Positions 30,471 through 42,701 of a stretch of DNA of 64,000 nt are shown here, in pieces. The translations under genes were made by a program, and so were the position numbers. The DNA comes from Bigelowiella natans CCMP2755 (Eukaryota > Protista > Cercozoa), in contig ADNK01000985.1 of NCBI GenBank assembly GCA_000320545.1, forward strand, positions 24,618 through 88,617, in the 5' to 3' direction. The notes below the pieces were generated by a model, which saw nothing but the letters and a program-made list of their open reading frames with translations, had not been told where the DNA came from and searched no databases. Position 1 is the first letter of the stretch, and every line of letters begins with the position of its first letter.

Positions 30471-30733
30471 GCAGTCATGCATGAGTATGGCATGTTGGTC
30501 GATAAATTGTTGAACCAACCGAGTTCCACGTCCTCCCACAGCTCCAAATCTTCGTGAGCTTGCAGCCCCTCCCAAAGCATCAACCGCACACTGTCGTCAA
30601 CAACGTGTACAGGGCATTTGGCTGTCACACAGGTTAGCTTTGGTAACAAGCGATTGAAAATTTGATCCACGGAGAGTCCACGTTTTCCAGCCAGAGCAAT
30701 GGCATCCAATATGCTTCGGAAAATGCGGTCCAT
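17840..30733 (-). CDS. GTF3C1: RNA polymerase III transcription factor IIIC subunit 1 (B-box-binding, tau138/TFIIIC220), multi-exon
   Basis: The N-terminus MDRIFRSILDAIALAGKRGLSVDQIFNRL...LMLWEGLQAHEDL resembles the GTF3C1 start (LLDEVALEGLDGL...LWRAL). It is followed by IVVVASLDMRLELLG, NKVFLAKY and the winged-helix ELPQLQQVYSQVCCAGTIGTT. C-terminal exons (about 18260-17840) give FPGISVTEIHYRISFLQNSELNIILGRLQ...QPSLFSS...HVFPTSRSL*, matching the GTF3C1 C-terminal PGI...SLFS...PT pattern. Middle exons were not all resolved. Confidence 0.78.
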
Positions 30734-31237
30734 TCGTCCTCTTCGTCGTAAAGCAGCAGTCGACTTCCCGTCTACTCTTTCAAAAGCGTGTTCAAGGAAA
30801 TATAATCTCTTCTGAAAGCATACTCTACAGTCCTCCTTTCTATTCGAGACGGAAAGAGGGTGGAGATGAATGCTCGTAGAAATAGCAGCTCCTCCTCCTC
30901 ACCACCACCATTACTAGATCTGATCCCGAATGGCGCTTGTTTTTCTTCTTCTACTGTTGTGCTCTCTCTCCAGTGCTGTCCAACCTAATAACCATGAATG
31001 TGCATGCATCACCCTTCCTTAGATATATTATGCTAATTTTATTTCCTATTTTTATGCAGAACCATTCCAAGATCAAGTTTGTTCTGGCCAGGCCTTTCTC
31101 ATTCCGAGCACCGTCAGGGCTTCTTTTTCCGGTAATAATTTCCCACAATGTTGTAGTTGTTGTATTTGTTGTATTTGTTGTTGTTGTGTTGTCTCGTAGA
31201 TCTACGTTGGTAGTTAGTCGTTAGTAGGTTTTCCTAG

Positions 31238-32162
31238 ATCACACTGCTCCACAATGGCCAGAACACCAATCTCAAATTCCTTCTGGTTTCACTGGTTGGA
31301 CCTCACCGAACCTGTTCCGAAGCACTTTCCAGTTGCTCATTGTCAGAAGAGCAACCCCAGGCACCTCACGTCATCGACGTGTCACCCGGTCATCATCCCA
31401 GTGGGACACCATCCTGCTCACAACAGACTTCAGACCAAGGCAATCAACGAGGAGGACGAGGACGACGAGGACGAGGGAGCTCGTTTTGTGGAGCTTCGTT
31501 TCTTCCTTCCAATCCATTGGTTCCCCTTTGCTCTGACCAAGGATGGGGTTGAATGTTTGTTGCACTTCACTTGGCAATCGTGCTGCTTGCATTGAAGCCC
31601 CATCTAGCTGTTCACAATTCTGTGATGGCATTTCAAGAGCACTCCCTCAACTTGGACGGCCACAAACAAGTTCAAATCAGCAGCTTCACGTGGTGTGACT
31701 CCTGCTGATTTTGACAAACGTCTGGACGTGTGCGAACAGTGCGTGTGCGATGTCGCACGTCTGGATGCGCGTGCAACGCGTTTGGCGATTCCGTGCAGCA
31801 ATCTAGCAATGCGATGAGCATCGTGGCGTTTTGGACCCGCAGCACGTGGTGCACTTGACATTGTCAACCGTGACGACACCACCCACACCTGCGATCGATG
31901 CACGCTGGCGCGTCTGTGAGCCTTGCCAGCGTGCACCAAAGTGACAATCACGCACAGCTAGCTGTCTAGCTGTGCGAGCCGCTCGATGTTGCCGTTGTCC
32001 GATCATGTTTTGCTCCATGCACACACACAAACACGTTGCTGTTGACTGAAGTGCTGGAGTGGTTGCGTGGCATGCACATGCATGCTGACATGCACATCGC
32101 TAGATCGTCCCAATTCGCAATTCATGACAGTGTTGAAATGAGTGATTTCGTGAGTTGTCTTG
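31238..32162. other. TpA-erased hypermutated tract containing a degenerate, Tyr-free ORF (31254-31595, +); probable relic element
   Basis: Manual count: 5 TpA in about 925 bp, all in CTAG (31604, 31803, 31958, 31966, 32100). TG/CA is abundant and the ORF is His/Cys-rich with no Tyr. The flanks have normal TpA. Confidence 0.85.
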
Positions 32163-32353
32163 CTAATGATGTCATTATTTGAAGTGTGAAATTTTCGTGC
32201 AGACTTTAGATGTCGGAAGTTGCCGCAGCTTCATCGTTCATCTCCACATTACTACACAAAGTGATAGATGGAAATTGGCAGATCGGATTGTTTACAATTT
32301 GCAGTGAAAATTTCCACAATTGTCGCGCCAGAAGCAGAGAGCAAAATTGCACA

Positions 32354-32887
32354 CTATCTCCTAAGCGTCAAATTACGTCCTCTTAGCGAATTCCACAACT
32401 CTCTTTGCTCCTTCTTTTGAAACCCTTCCCAAAATAGCTTAGTCGCAGACTCGGGCCCAGAGTTCCAAATCAGATTCATGTCCTCAAATGTTAATTCATA
32501 CTGGGGGTAAACCTACAGACACGATGCAAATGAGATGCTGTGGCTACTGCTTTGTTGTGCGTGTGTGTGTCCGTGTGCTTAAGAAGATCTACCTTATCAC
32601 GTTTTCTCCGCCTCTTTCGACGAGGGGATTGTGATGATGCGGTGGCATGCTTCCTGCTGTCGCTATTGATGATCTTAAATTGAAAATTATAAGAAGGTGA
32701 TACATCATAAGGGATCTTCTCCTTCTTCTCCTCTTCTAGCTCTTCCTCCCTTGTCTCCGCTCCTCCTCCTCCTGCTGCTGCTGTATTTCCCCTTTTCTGT
32801 AGACAACCTCCACTATTTCCAGCTACTGGCCCTGTTATATAGCCATGCCGTTTTAGAAACGTCTTTGTATTATTTGTGTGCGTATAA

Positions 32888-32928
<41 letters not shown>

Positions 32929-34690
32929 TTATGCAGCACGCTTATTGTAACGTTTACTGTATTATGAAGACATCGAATAAACCAAGAGATTGATTGGTAG
33001 CAATCTCGGACTAAAGCAAGCACACACACACACACAGAGAGAGAGAGACATACACACACCAGTAAGCAGCAGCCCTTCAGTAGGAGTTGTGACCAAACCC
33101 CTCGTTATTTGTTTCGGTGCCGTCGTCGTTGTTGTGGTCGTCGTTTGTGCGCGCATGCTGCTGTCACTGATGCCCCTTCTCGATTTGTATCTCTTCGCCG
33201 CACGCTCAGCACGTTCGTCGTCTTCGATTGCGGACATGTGCTCTGTGCCTTTAACCCACACCTCAACAACGTCGCCCTTCTTCACCTTCTCCCAGCGGCT
33301 CATCGGTTGATCTGAGGAGGAGGAGGAGGGTGGGTGAAAGTGTTAAGGTTAGGGTTATCTCCCTCCTCATCCTCCTCCTACCCCCCCCCCCCCCCCCTCC
33401 ATCTGATAAACTAGATTTACTAGTACAACCAAGGTCTTGCACACAAGCAATAAGCTGATCCCAATTCGTCGTTGGGTCCATATAAGCCTGCTCAGCCAGA
33501 TTATATTTAGCAGACAAGCAGTAGTAAGTAGCAGTAACAGTAGTGGTAGATTAGGATGTGCCATCATGAGTAAAAACGATGACAATCATAAGAATAGGAA
33601 GAAGAGGAGGGGGGAGAGGATGGTTTCAGGTAACTAGTAGCAGCGGCAGTAGCGTGGCGAAATTATTCAGGATGTGCTTCCTCCTCCTCCTCCTCCTTCT
33701 CCTCCTCGTGCCACAATAAAGATAAATGATAATAGTAACTACAACTAGTATCCCCCGCCACCTACTACCTCGCACACGCCCTTCTCGTGCATTGAAGTCG
33801 TTATGACTTTGACATAGCAAATTGCACCGAAGAGAACCCCGTCTTTCTCCACTGTTAGCTTCGTCGAAACTGGCGATATGATTAACAGGAAAGAGGAGGA
33901 GGAGGAGGAGGAAACAACAAAGGCGTTTGTCGGTGCGTACATGCTAACAACTACTACTGCTACCACTTTTACTACTACATTTGCGTTATTCTCTTTCAAT
34001 TTCTCAAGGACCATTATTGATACGATGACGACGACGATGACGATTACCTTCTCTTAGTTCCCAGTTTTCCAAATCTTCTTTTTTGGCCTCTGCCTCCTTG
34101 TGCTGCTCTTCGCATCTCTGGTCCTCAAATCCCCTCTTCTCACAGTTGTATCTTGCAAAGTCGAAGCTGCAGGATTTGGGAGGGAGGTAGGGGGACAAGT
34201 ATCAAGAAAGAGGTATCGATAATTTACTATGGAAGGTTTTTGAGAGAAAGATAACCAACCCCATTTCTGCCTCCCGCCCCCCCGCCCCCCCCCCGCATCC
34301 ATGTTCTTAATCCTTCCTCTTCCCACAGAATAAACACCATGGCAGTTTACTATCATATCTATCATCACCTTTCGATAAGAGCATGCGAACTCTTGTCGTG
34401 CAGTTGGATTTTGTGCGCCTGATCTACCACAAACATCCCGAAGTAGCCCTTCGCAGCCTTCCCACCCAATACCCGTGAGTAGCGCTCTTGAGCCGCCACG
34501 TAACTACCCACGGTAGAAGGAAGAAGAGCTCGTCATAACAATAGCAGTAATAGTGATAGTAAAAATGCTATGTTGTTTTAACAAAAAAATGCGCTCGCTT
34601 GCATTCGAGATTATCACTCCAAGACGACTGGCTAGATTACTGGGAACTTCAATTCTCTCCCTCTCTCTCTCTTTATGAAACACATAATAT

Positions 34691-34729
<39 letters not shown>

Positions 34730-35042
34730 AGAGAGAGGAAAATAGAGAATCGTATTATATTTGTGTAATTGAGGCGGCAGCACATGATACCTACCCCCTC
34801 AATCGCGTTTCATCAAACGGCGCATTCTCAGCCTTTCGATACTTTGGGGGGGAGGGAGGCTCCGGTACGGTACATAATGCCATCAAAGTGTCTATACGCT
34901 GTAGTAGAAGTATACGTGATAATAATAATAGGAAACAAGAAGAAGATGAAGAAGGAGAAGGAGAAACCATGTTTAGCGACAAGAATATAAGAAAGAGGGA
35001 CAGCTGTAATATTTCCTATGCTAGGGTCATGATTATTGAGAT

Positions 35043-35074
<32 letters not shown>

Positions 35075-35289
35075 GCTACTGCTACATCTCACATAAAACT
35101 ACATGCAACGACTACAATCTCTCTTCTATACAACTACTAGTCCGAAGGTAAAACTGACTGAGTAACATCGTCTAGTACTACTACTACCTCTGGCACCATA
35201 CGGTGCACAAGAAACTTGTCCAGAATGTCCACCACACCTGCTCTTAGCCCTGTCATTTATTCATTGTGCGAGGAGGAAGAGTATATATA

Positions 35290-35331
<42 letters not shown>

Positions 35332-35357
35332 AATATGTTGAGTAAAGTGTAGTAAAA

Positions 35358-35390
<33 letters not shown>

Positions 35391-36045
35391 TTGATATTTT
35401 TTACCAGTCGAAGGATGATGATGATGATGATGATGATGATAGTGATGACAGTGATGATGATGCTGCTCCTTACAACTATCATTTACCTTCAGAATTGCCA
35501 AGGTCCCCAATCAGCTCTTGCACGAGAAGATCGATCTCATAAGGCACTAGCGCCGCCCCATCAGTATGCATCTTGTCGTATGGAATACCATCATCGCCAC
35601 CATCATTATCTTGCTGCGGGGCCATCATCGTAGGGAGGGGAGGAGGAGGCGGAAGGCTGGCAGAAGGCGATATGACCGGTGCCCCCCCCCCCCCTGCAGT
35701 ACTACTGACTTCATTCATGCTGCTTGTACTACTCCTCGAAACTGCTGCTGGTGCTGCTGGTGGTGCTTTGGTATTGTAGGTTGTATTGCTATTCCTTTGG
35801 ATGTTCTCCTCCTCTCCCCTTCGTCGTCCGCGAGGCTGCAAATCTTTGGAAAAGGCCTTGATAATGTGGAATCTGTCCCCCCCCCGATAAGAAAAGCAGA
35901 CAAGATAGGTAGATTAGCGACTGAGGGATGAGCTCTTTCATTTTCTGTGGTCTGACTCGGAACAACAGGGGGGGGGTGGGGGGGGGGGGGTTGCTTTCTT
36001 CTCCTTCTTCCATTGTGATTGTTAATTAGTAGCAGGACATCTTGC

Positions 36046-36077
<32 letters not shown>

Positions 36078-36185
36078 CATGGAGTTGGAGTGCTCCATCA
36101 GCTGCTGACAAGGATCATTTTAGCGCTACTGTACTTCGTTATGCTACATCACAGAATCGTATAATATGACAACGCTAATGTATGT

Positions 36186-36224
<39 letters not shown>

Positions 36225-37450
36225 ACAAGTGTCGTCTGCACCTGAAGTTGAGCTTTGACTCGTACTTTCTCTTGACGGCTTTGAGCACACCCACAGCCTT
36301 CGTAGCTGATACTTTGTTCGTCTACTCAAACCAAGGAGGAGGAGGAGGAGGAGGAGAAGCAGGACAAAACAAGATAGGAGATAGGAGGAGGGGGGTCCTC
36401 AGTCGGGGGACAGAAAAGAAAATTGATGAATCATTACCATCATCGTCCTCTACTTCTACTACTGCTACTACTACTACTACTACTACCACGCTGCTGCTGC
36501 TGCTGCTACCTCTATTCCCCAGAAGGTGATGCCTGCCTCCGGAGCAGAAAGCCCTTCCTCCACACATCTGTAGGGAGGAGGGGGGGGGATCATAGGTAAT
36601 AATCGAAGTAGTAGCAGGGGGACAAGGAGCGGTGCAAAGTTAGTGGTGTTGCGTTATGATATGCTACCATATCTTATTTCCTCTCTTCACTTGCCTCTCC
36701 TTTCGAATCCAGTGTCAACCGTGCTTCTTCTTTTTACATGATCTTAATTTCTTCTCCCTCTTCTTCTTCTTCTTCTTCTTCTTCTCCTTCTTCTTAATAC
36801 TCGCGGTCCTCCTCCTACACCGCCTACAACTAGCAGCTACGTAGTTCTCTCGTCACGTGTTGTCGTTGTTGTTTCTCTTACATTTTCACCATAGTCTTGA
36901 TCCAGATAGCGGAGGCCCCAGTCCCGAGGTCCATGATGTGGATCGGCCTCCCCTCATGCTTCGTGGCATCCCAGCTACCCAGCAGCATCTTTAGATGATA
37001 GCGCAACGCCACTTCGTACGCTTCATTCCTTTTGATGTCCCCTGACATGCAGTCCTGGAGGAGAGAAGCAAAACAAAGAAGCAATCAAAGAAAGAAGGAA
37101 AGGAGAAACAACCATCGTTTAGTAACCATCAGCCGGAATAAAAGACGGCAGAGACGAGCGGTAGTGTTGGAAGAGGGGGGCGGGGAAGGAGTTACGAAGA
37201 ACGCACATAGTTGCCCTGAGCGTACGACTTTCTGGCCTGTTTTCTCACATCTTTAGCCGTATCTCGGGTAAGCCGCGGCCAACGTAGCACATAGTCAGAA
37301 TCTTATCATAAATAATGACAACAAATTGAAGAAGAAGAGAATTACCAAAATGAATAAACGATTCTCGAATGAGACGACACCAGATGAGCGGTAGTAGTAG
37401 TATTAGTAGTTGTGGTATATTAGCACCAGCCATATCCCGCTACTGCTATT

Positions 37451-37487
<37 letters not shown>

Positions 37488-38356
37488 CGCACTCCAATTA
37501 CAACTGCATCAACACATAGCTGCATTATATTCCATACCCGAATCCTGCTGCCAGTTCTGTTTATGATACCGAGAGCAAGCTTCGATCTCCTTTCGAAGCT
37601 GTGCCTTGCTCTCGTGATAGAACAAGTTGAATTTCTTCCACAACTGATGATGATGATGGGGAATGATGATGATGATTATGATTATGAGGTGGATGGGAGG
37701 GAGGAGGGCAAGAAAGAGAAGAACAACAAAGCAAGTGAGCAAACAAGTAGCAGGTGCAGCTAGGTGTACGACACATAACACACACACATGATATACAAAG
37801 AGAGGAAGAATACAGATATCTCATGATCGAAAGAACATACTTCCTAAATACTATATCCCCTCCAGATTCTATTATTTTTCTTCTTCTTCTTCTTCTTCTT
37901 TTTCTTCTTCTTCTTCTCCTTCTTGGTCTTTTTTACCGTAACACTCATGCTGAGATTCTTATATCTCTTTCTCAAGAGAGCCTCTCTGACTGATGTTTGC
38001 TCAACAAGCCTTTTCTTATTATTACGTCTTGTGCTGCCTCCTCCTACTGCCCCCCCATTTTTCTTCCTCTTATCCTTAGTCGTCTTCTTAGCAGCAGCCT
38101 TGCTCTTCGTCCTGTCAAGGAGCTTGCGTGTACGCATTGCTTTCCTTGCTTCCTCCTCTTTCTTCTTCGCTTCCTCCTCTTTCTTCTTCTCTTCCTCCTC
38201 TTTCTTCTTCTCTTCCGTTTTTATTTTGAACTGCGACCAGGTCGGCTCGCGCGCCTGAAGGGAACAATAGGGTGATATTGTTATTATCCGTGTGGTGGTG
38301 ACGTTGCTGCTGTTGGCAGCGGTCATTGTGACTTCGTCCGCTGACGATAGCAGTAG

Positions 38357-38387
<31 letters not shown>

Positions 38388-38808
38388 CCAATGCAGCTAG
38401 AGCAAGTTACAAAAGCCTAGCTGTTGTGTGCATGATCGAATATTTCCTGCGCTTCCTCTGACATCATCATCTAGGGGATGACACAAAGCAAATCGACCCT
38501 CCCGCCCCCCCCTCTCCCTCACATGTCATCCATTTTTCGCCGTGTTTTGATTCGTTTTTGAGTCATCATAATGTCGTTGTTTTTCCTTCTCCCTAATGGC
38601 ACCTTAAGTTCCTCCACCCTTGACACCTCATGAATGGTTATTTCTGGAGCCTGCTCACTAGCAGCATAGAGGATGACGTCGTACTTGTTCCCTTCCTTCC
38701 TCTCCTGAGTAGTCAATAGAGCGATTGGTTAATTGGTTGCTTCATAGCAGAAATCCTGCTAGTATTTCTGTTGTTGTGAATTTGCTTGGAACGATAATTT
38801 GATGCCGT

Positions 38809-38840
<32 letters not shown>

Positions 38841-40638
38841 TATATTATTAATTAAACATACATGGATGCGCAGTATCCTTCCTCTCCGCCAAAATCCCTC
38901 CAAGGCGATCTTACAGGGTTCACCTAGTTATAAGTTGGGGCACACGATTAGATAAGTACAACTACTTAGAACAAGAAGAAGAAGATGATGAACAAGAACA
39001 ACAGCACATGATATAGTAGTATCTTAATGACGAAAACATGCAACACCACCTTCCCTGAACAAAGACCGGTACTCGTTGTCGTCATCGTTTTCATCATTAC
39101 TTTCCCTGTGTGTGTGTTTTGTGGGAAATATCAGCTTCACCAATCATTTCCTGTTGCGGAGTTGTTGATCAGTGGGATGGATGATCGACGAGAAAGGAGG
39201 AGGAGGAGGAGAAGAAGAAGAAGAAGAAGGAAAAAAAGGCCCCCAGAAGTATTTTATGCTACGAGTTGCAAAGGCGACAAGTCTCAAAGGATGATGACCC
39301 TTTCATAGGTAGCTTCTCCACCTGAACAAAATTGATTTTAAGAAAACATCATCAATATATACCATACTTGTATCTGTGTTAAGAGAGCTTTACGAATTAT
39401 ATTTACCGTTGGCGGACGGGTATCTATGCGGATTTTCTTGATGAACTCTTCGTCTGCCGGGTAGTAGGGATGATCATGACCCTCGAATTTTAGCACCGGT
39501 ATCTTCACCGTGTAGAAAATTTTCTATGCGTGGCATTTCACGACATACATAACAAAAGCACACATCAAGATACTCAGCCTTCATTAATAGGAACGTATGC
39601 ATGTTAGAAGCGTCGTAAAGATTTTGGAAAGATAATCCTTTTTGGAATTGGGGTCCCTTTCTCTTTCTCTCTCTCTCTCTTTCCCTCTCACGTAGTTATT
39701 GTTGCCTCGAAGATTGCTACCTCCTTCTGAGCTGTAGTTGTAGTAGCGTTGGAAGCATTTTCGAGGTCCTGTGCCGCTTCTTTTACCGACCCTTTCGCTG
39801 CCTTTCCTTTCTTCACTGGTCGATACTATTTATTCGCAAATGCGTTATTACTTCTCGGCGGTGCGTAAAATAATGTGCTACACTGAATCGATGGTATGTT
39901 GTGATAAGTATGGTGGTGGGCGATCGATCACTGTCACCTCCGTATTCTTCCAAACTGATGCGAATGCCTTGAAATGGTCAACTGTCGCTGCAACCCATCC
40001 CCTATATGTTTGGACAAGGACTTTCTGGCCTGAAAGTTTTTAAACATGAATCCTTTTTCTCAAACAACCGCAACGATGAGATTTCATGCGTTCAGAATAG
40101 TTCATGTAGGAATTAGAATTCGCGTTGCTACTACCGAGGGCGAAGGTTGTGATGGGCTCTGCTTCTAACCTGGAGGTGGCAACAATTTGTTGTTAGAGAA
40201 CAATGATTCTCTCGTTCCATATACTTCAAGGAATTCTAAAAGGGATGGGTTAACGTACCATTCTTTTCCTTCGTTTCCTTCTCCGTTGTTATAAAATACA
40301 TCAAAAGCTTCCCGTGGGTAACATTTTCCATTGGTGTCCTTTCTCACCTCCGTGAATTCGTGTGTGCCTAGATCCACATTTTTGAGGTCTACCTTTCCTC
40401 CCCTAACCTTTCTTCGTTCGATTACGATCCTCTCCGCTTTACAGTCAAACTCCGGGAGCTTACTATGGAGGCTAGCTGTTATTTTACCCCCTCGACAGCG
40501 GCGCGTTTTCATCGAGGATTTAAGTAGTAATTGGGAGCGCGCGTTGCACGACACTCTCGTGCAAGGGGTGGATGGAAATTTTGGCGCGAAACCTTTGCGA
40601 TGATCTGGCGACGGGATATCTGGCGACGGGATAGGCAT
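32354..40638 (-). CDS. PRMT-fold class I SAM-dependent protein methyltransferase with N-terminal Tudor-like segments, multi-exon
   Basis: Spliced core: MSGDIKRNEAYEVAL...IHIMDLGTG (motif I), ITFWGIE, FHIIKAFSKDL, double-E loop DLLVQELIGDLGNSEG, RMVPE, beta-barrel VEKDGVLFGAICYV, THW-like TTNWDQ, VKKGDVV. Last exon VYPQYELTFED...LTLRR* with stop at 32354-32356. Upstream exons GQKVLVQTYRGWVAATVDHF (about 39950-40025) and GEPCKIALEGFWRRGRILRIH...NKYDVILY (38920-38600) look Tudor-like. The start codon and the single-gene assignment are less certain. Confidence 0.7.
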
Positions 40639-41085
40639 TCATGTTCATTTTCTCCAGATGTTTTCGGGTGTAATCTGTATATCAAATTTAGAAGCAATAT
40701 TTGAAAACTTCGATCCCTCGCTTACTTCCGGTCTTGTCCATCATGGATATCCAGATATTACCAGGACTATTTAGATCCCATAACAGATTGGATTGATTCG
40801 CATCAGAATCCTTGCCGCAGGACAAATCTGGCCGTTACATCTGGCAAAGCGACTGGACGGGATGATTTTAGGAGAATAGCCGACTTTTCTTCTTCTTCTT
40901 TTCATGTTTCATGTTGAGGTTACGTAGACCTGCCAGCCATCCAAAACCCAAGCAAAAAACAGCAATTTCAGTGGTAAAAAAGGTATTTTCTTCTGAAAAC
41001 GGCTTTGATTTGGCAACAGCAGAAGACAGATAAATCTGGATATATTTTCACAGAACGGAACACGGAAACCACAGGCACCTGCACC

Positions 41086-42701
41086 ATGGCGCCTCCGCAA
41101 TCCCACAACCTGGCCATTGTTCTGAGCACGATCGTGATCTGTCATGCCTCACCTCTGGCCACTTCTCGAGGGATTACCCAACGTACCAACATAAGACATC
41201 TTGCAACATCTGGTAATTATAACTTTGAAAGAGGAAGATAGATATATATATTTGGGGGGGTACCAGATTCGTCGACGTAGAAAACGACGAAGCCATCACG
41301 CACGGTGATTACTGTCACTTTGTAAATATTTATTCTCTTAATGTAAATTTCCATCAGCAAAACCACTTGAAACTGGAAAGCGTGCTCTGATGCTCTCCTC
41401 TGCACCGCTGGTAGTAGTTCCCACATTGCAAAATTATCATCATCCTGCCCAATATTCCGACCATCTAGCTTTTGTCCTCACGCAGATAATCTCAAATGTG
41501 ATTATTGCAGGGTGCAGGTGCTGGATTGCATGGTATTTCCCAGCCGCGATCGCTTCTCAGCTCTCCCCACCGACAGCAGCACTCAGAGAACGGGAGGAGG
41601 CAGACAAACCGTTTCCAGGCTCTGAAACGAGGAATCTCCAAGCACCTCACATCAGTTAAATCAGCAGCAGAGCTAGCTGGGTCCGAGAATAACAGCAGCC
41701 CAAAAAGCAAGCTATGGAAGACCTACGAGAATGTGATGGGAGTTGCTACAAACCTGTTCCCCCTATGGACGCTCATATCTGCCATCGTTGCGTTGAATGC
41801 TCCTGGTGCGTTCGCGTGGTTTGACACCAACTGGTTTACTGCTGGACTTGGCGTGCTCATGCTTTCTATGGGTATTACCCTTACACCGGCTGACTTTGCC
41901 AAAGTTCTAACCAAGCCTCTTCCTGTAATCGTTGGATTTGTGAGCTGTTATGGCCTTATGCCCGCAATTGCCCTCGGCCTTGCAAAGCTCTTCGCGTTGA
42001 ACAACGCGATGACCGCAGGTTTGGTTCTCTGTGGTTGTATCAATGGCGGTCAGGCTTCCAACCTTTGTGCATATATCGCAAAGGGAAATGTGGCGCTGTC
42101 GGTGATGATGACACTGAGTACCACTGTGGGAGCTATCTTCATGACCCCACTTCTCTCTAAGGTCCTTCTCGGCACAAGTATCCCTGTCGATGCAGTTGGC
42201 ATTGCAATTTCAACCATGCAAGTAGTCCTGCTACCTTTAATTCTTGGAATGGGAATGAAGCAGACAGTGCCAAAGGTCGTAGACGCGATTACACCGCTGA
42301 CTCCCGTGGTGGGGGTTGTGGCCACGTGCCTTCTCGTAGGCTCTGCTGTAGCTCAGGTTGCCCCAGATATTTTGACGGCAGGGGGGACATTACAGTGGGC
42401 TGCTATGCTGCTTCACCTGCTCGGTGGAATTCTTGGCTACTGGGGAATGAAGCTGCTTGGACAGGATGAGGTCACGGCGCGTACTTCTGGTATTGAGACC
42501 TCCATGAAATCTTCGGCGTTCGGCTTCCTCCTTGCGAAGCTCCATTTCGGTGATTACGCAGCTCGTGTGCCTCCTGCAGTGTCTGTGGTTTGGATGGCTC
42601 TGATTGGTGCCACTATGGCGGTGGTGTGGCGTGGCATGCCGATCAAAGATGGCAGCCTCACCGGAGCTCTCGCCGACGATAAAGAAAAAAACAAGGAATA
42701 A
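41086..42701 (+). CDS. Bile acid:Na+ symporter family (BASS, SBF) metabolite transporter with a probable bipartite plastid-targeting presequence; 3 exons
   Basis: Exon 1 MAPPQSHNLAIVLSTIVICHASPLATSRG... (signal-like). Exon 2 at 41358-41410. Exon 3 from 41511 has an S/R-rich transit-like region, then NLFPLWT, LMLSMGITLT..DF, AGLVLCGCINGGQASN, GNVALSVMMT, RTSGIETSMKSS, typical of plastid BASS proteins. Confidence 0.9.

Larger units (their letters stand above)
3340..39230. repeat. Dense intronic microsatellites: (AT)n, (GT/AC)n, (AG/CT)n, (ATC/GAT)n, (AGT/ACT)n, (AGG/CCT)n, (AAG/CTT)n
   Basis: Directly visible in most introns of the kinesin, GTF3C1 and PRMT-like genes (e.g. 5263-5355, 7574-7608, 11979-12045, 27150-27262, 35294-35391). 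Also present in the TTLL and AspAT introns. Most short ORFs in the track are translations of these repeats. Confidence 0.95.

Noticed and set aside
31238-32162. CpG-methylation decay or fungal-type RIP as the cause of the TG/CA excess
   Set aside because: CpG is abundant in the tract and neither process removes TpA; RIP creates it.
35479-36098. Apparent frameshift between two overlapping ORFs in the methyltransferase
   Set aside because: A splice acceptor near 35873 joins ...KLNF to RFHIIKAFSKDL in frame, so no frameshift is needed.
3138-39308. Numerous short ORFs with poly-CV, YI, HT, M, H, L or S runs
   Set aside because: They are translations of intronic microsatellites or antisense frames of real exons.
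40603-40632. 15-bp tandem repeat TCTGGCGACGGGATA x2
   Set aside because: Only two copies, an ordinary local duplication; no spacers, so not CRISPR-like.
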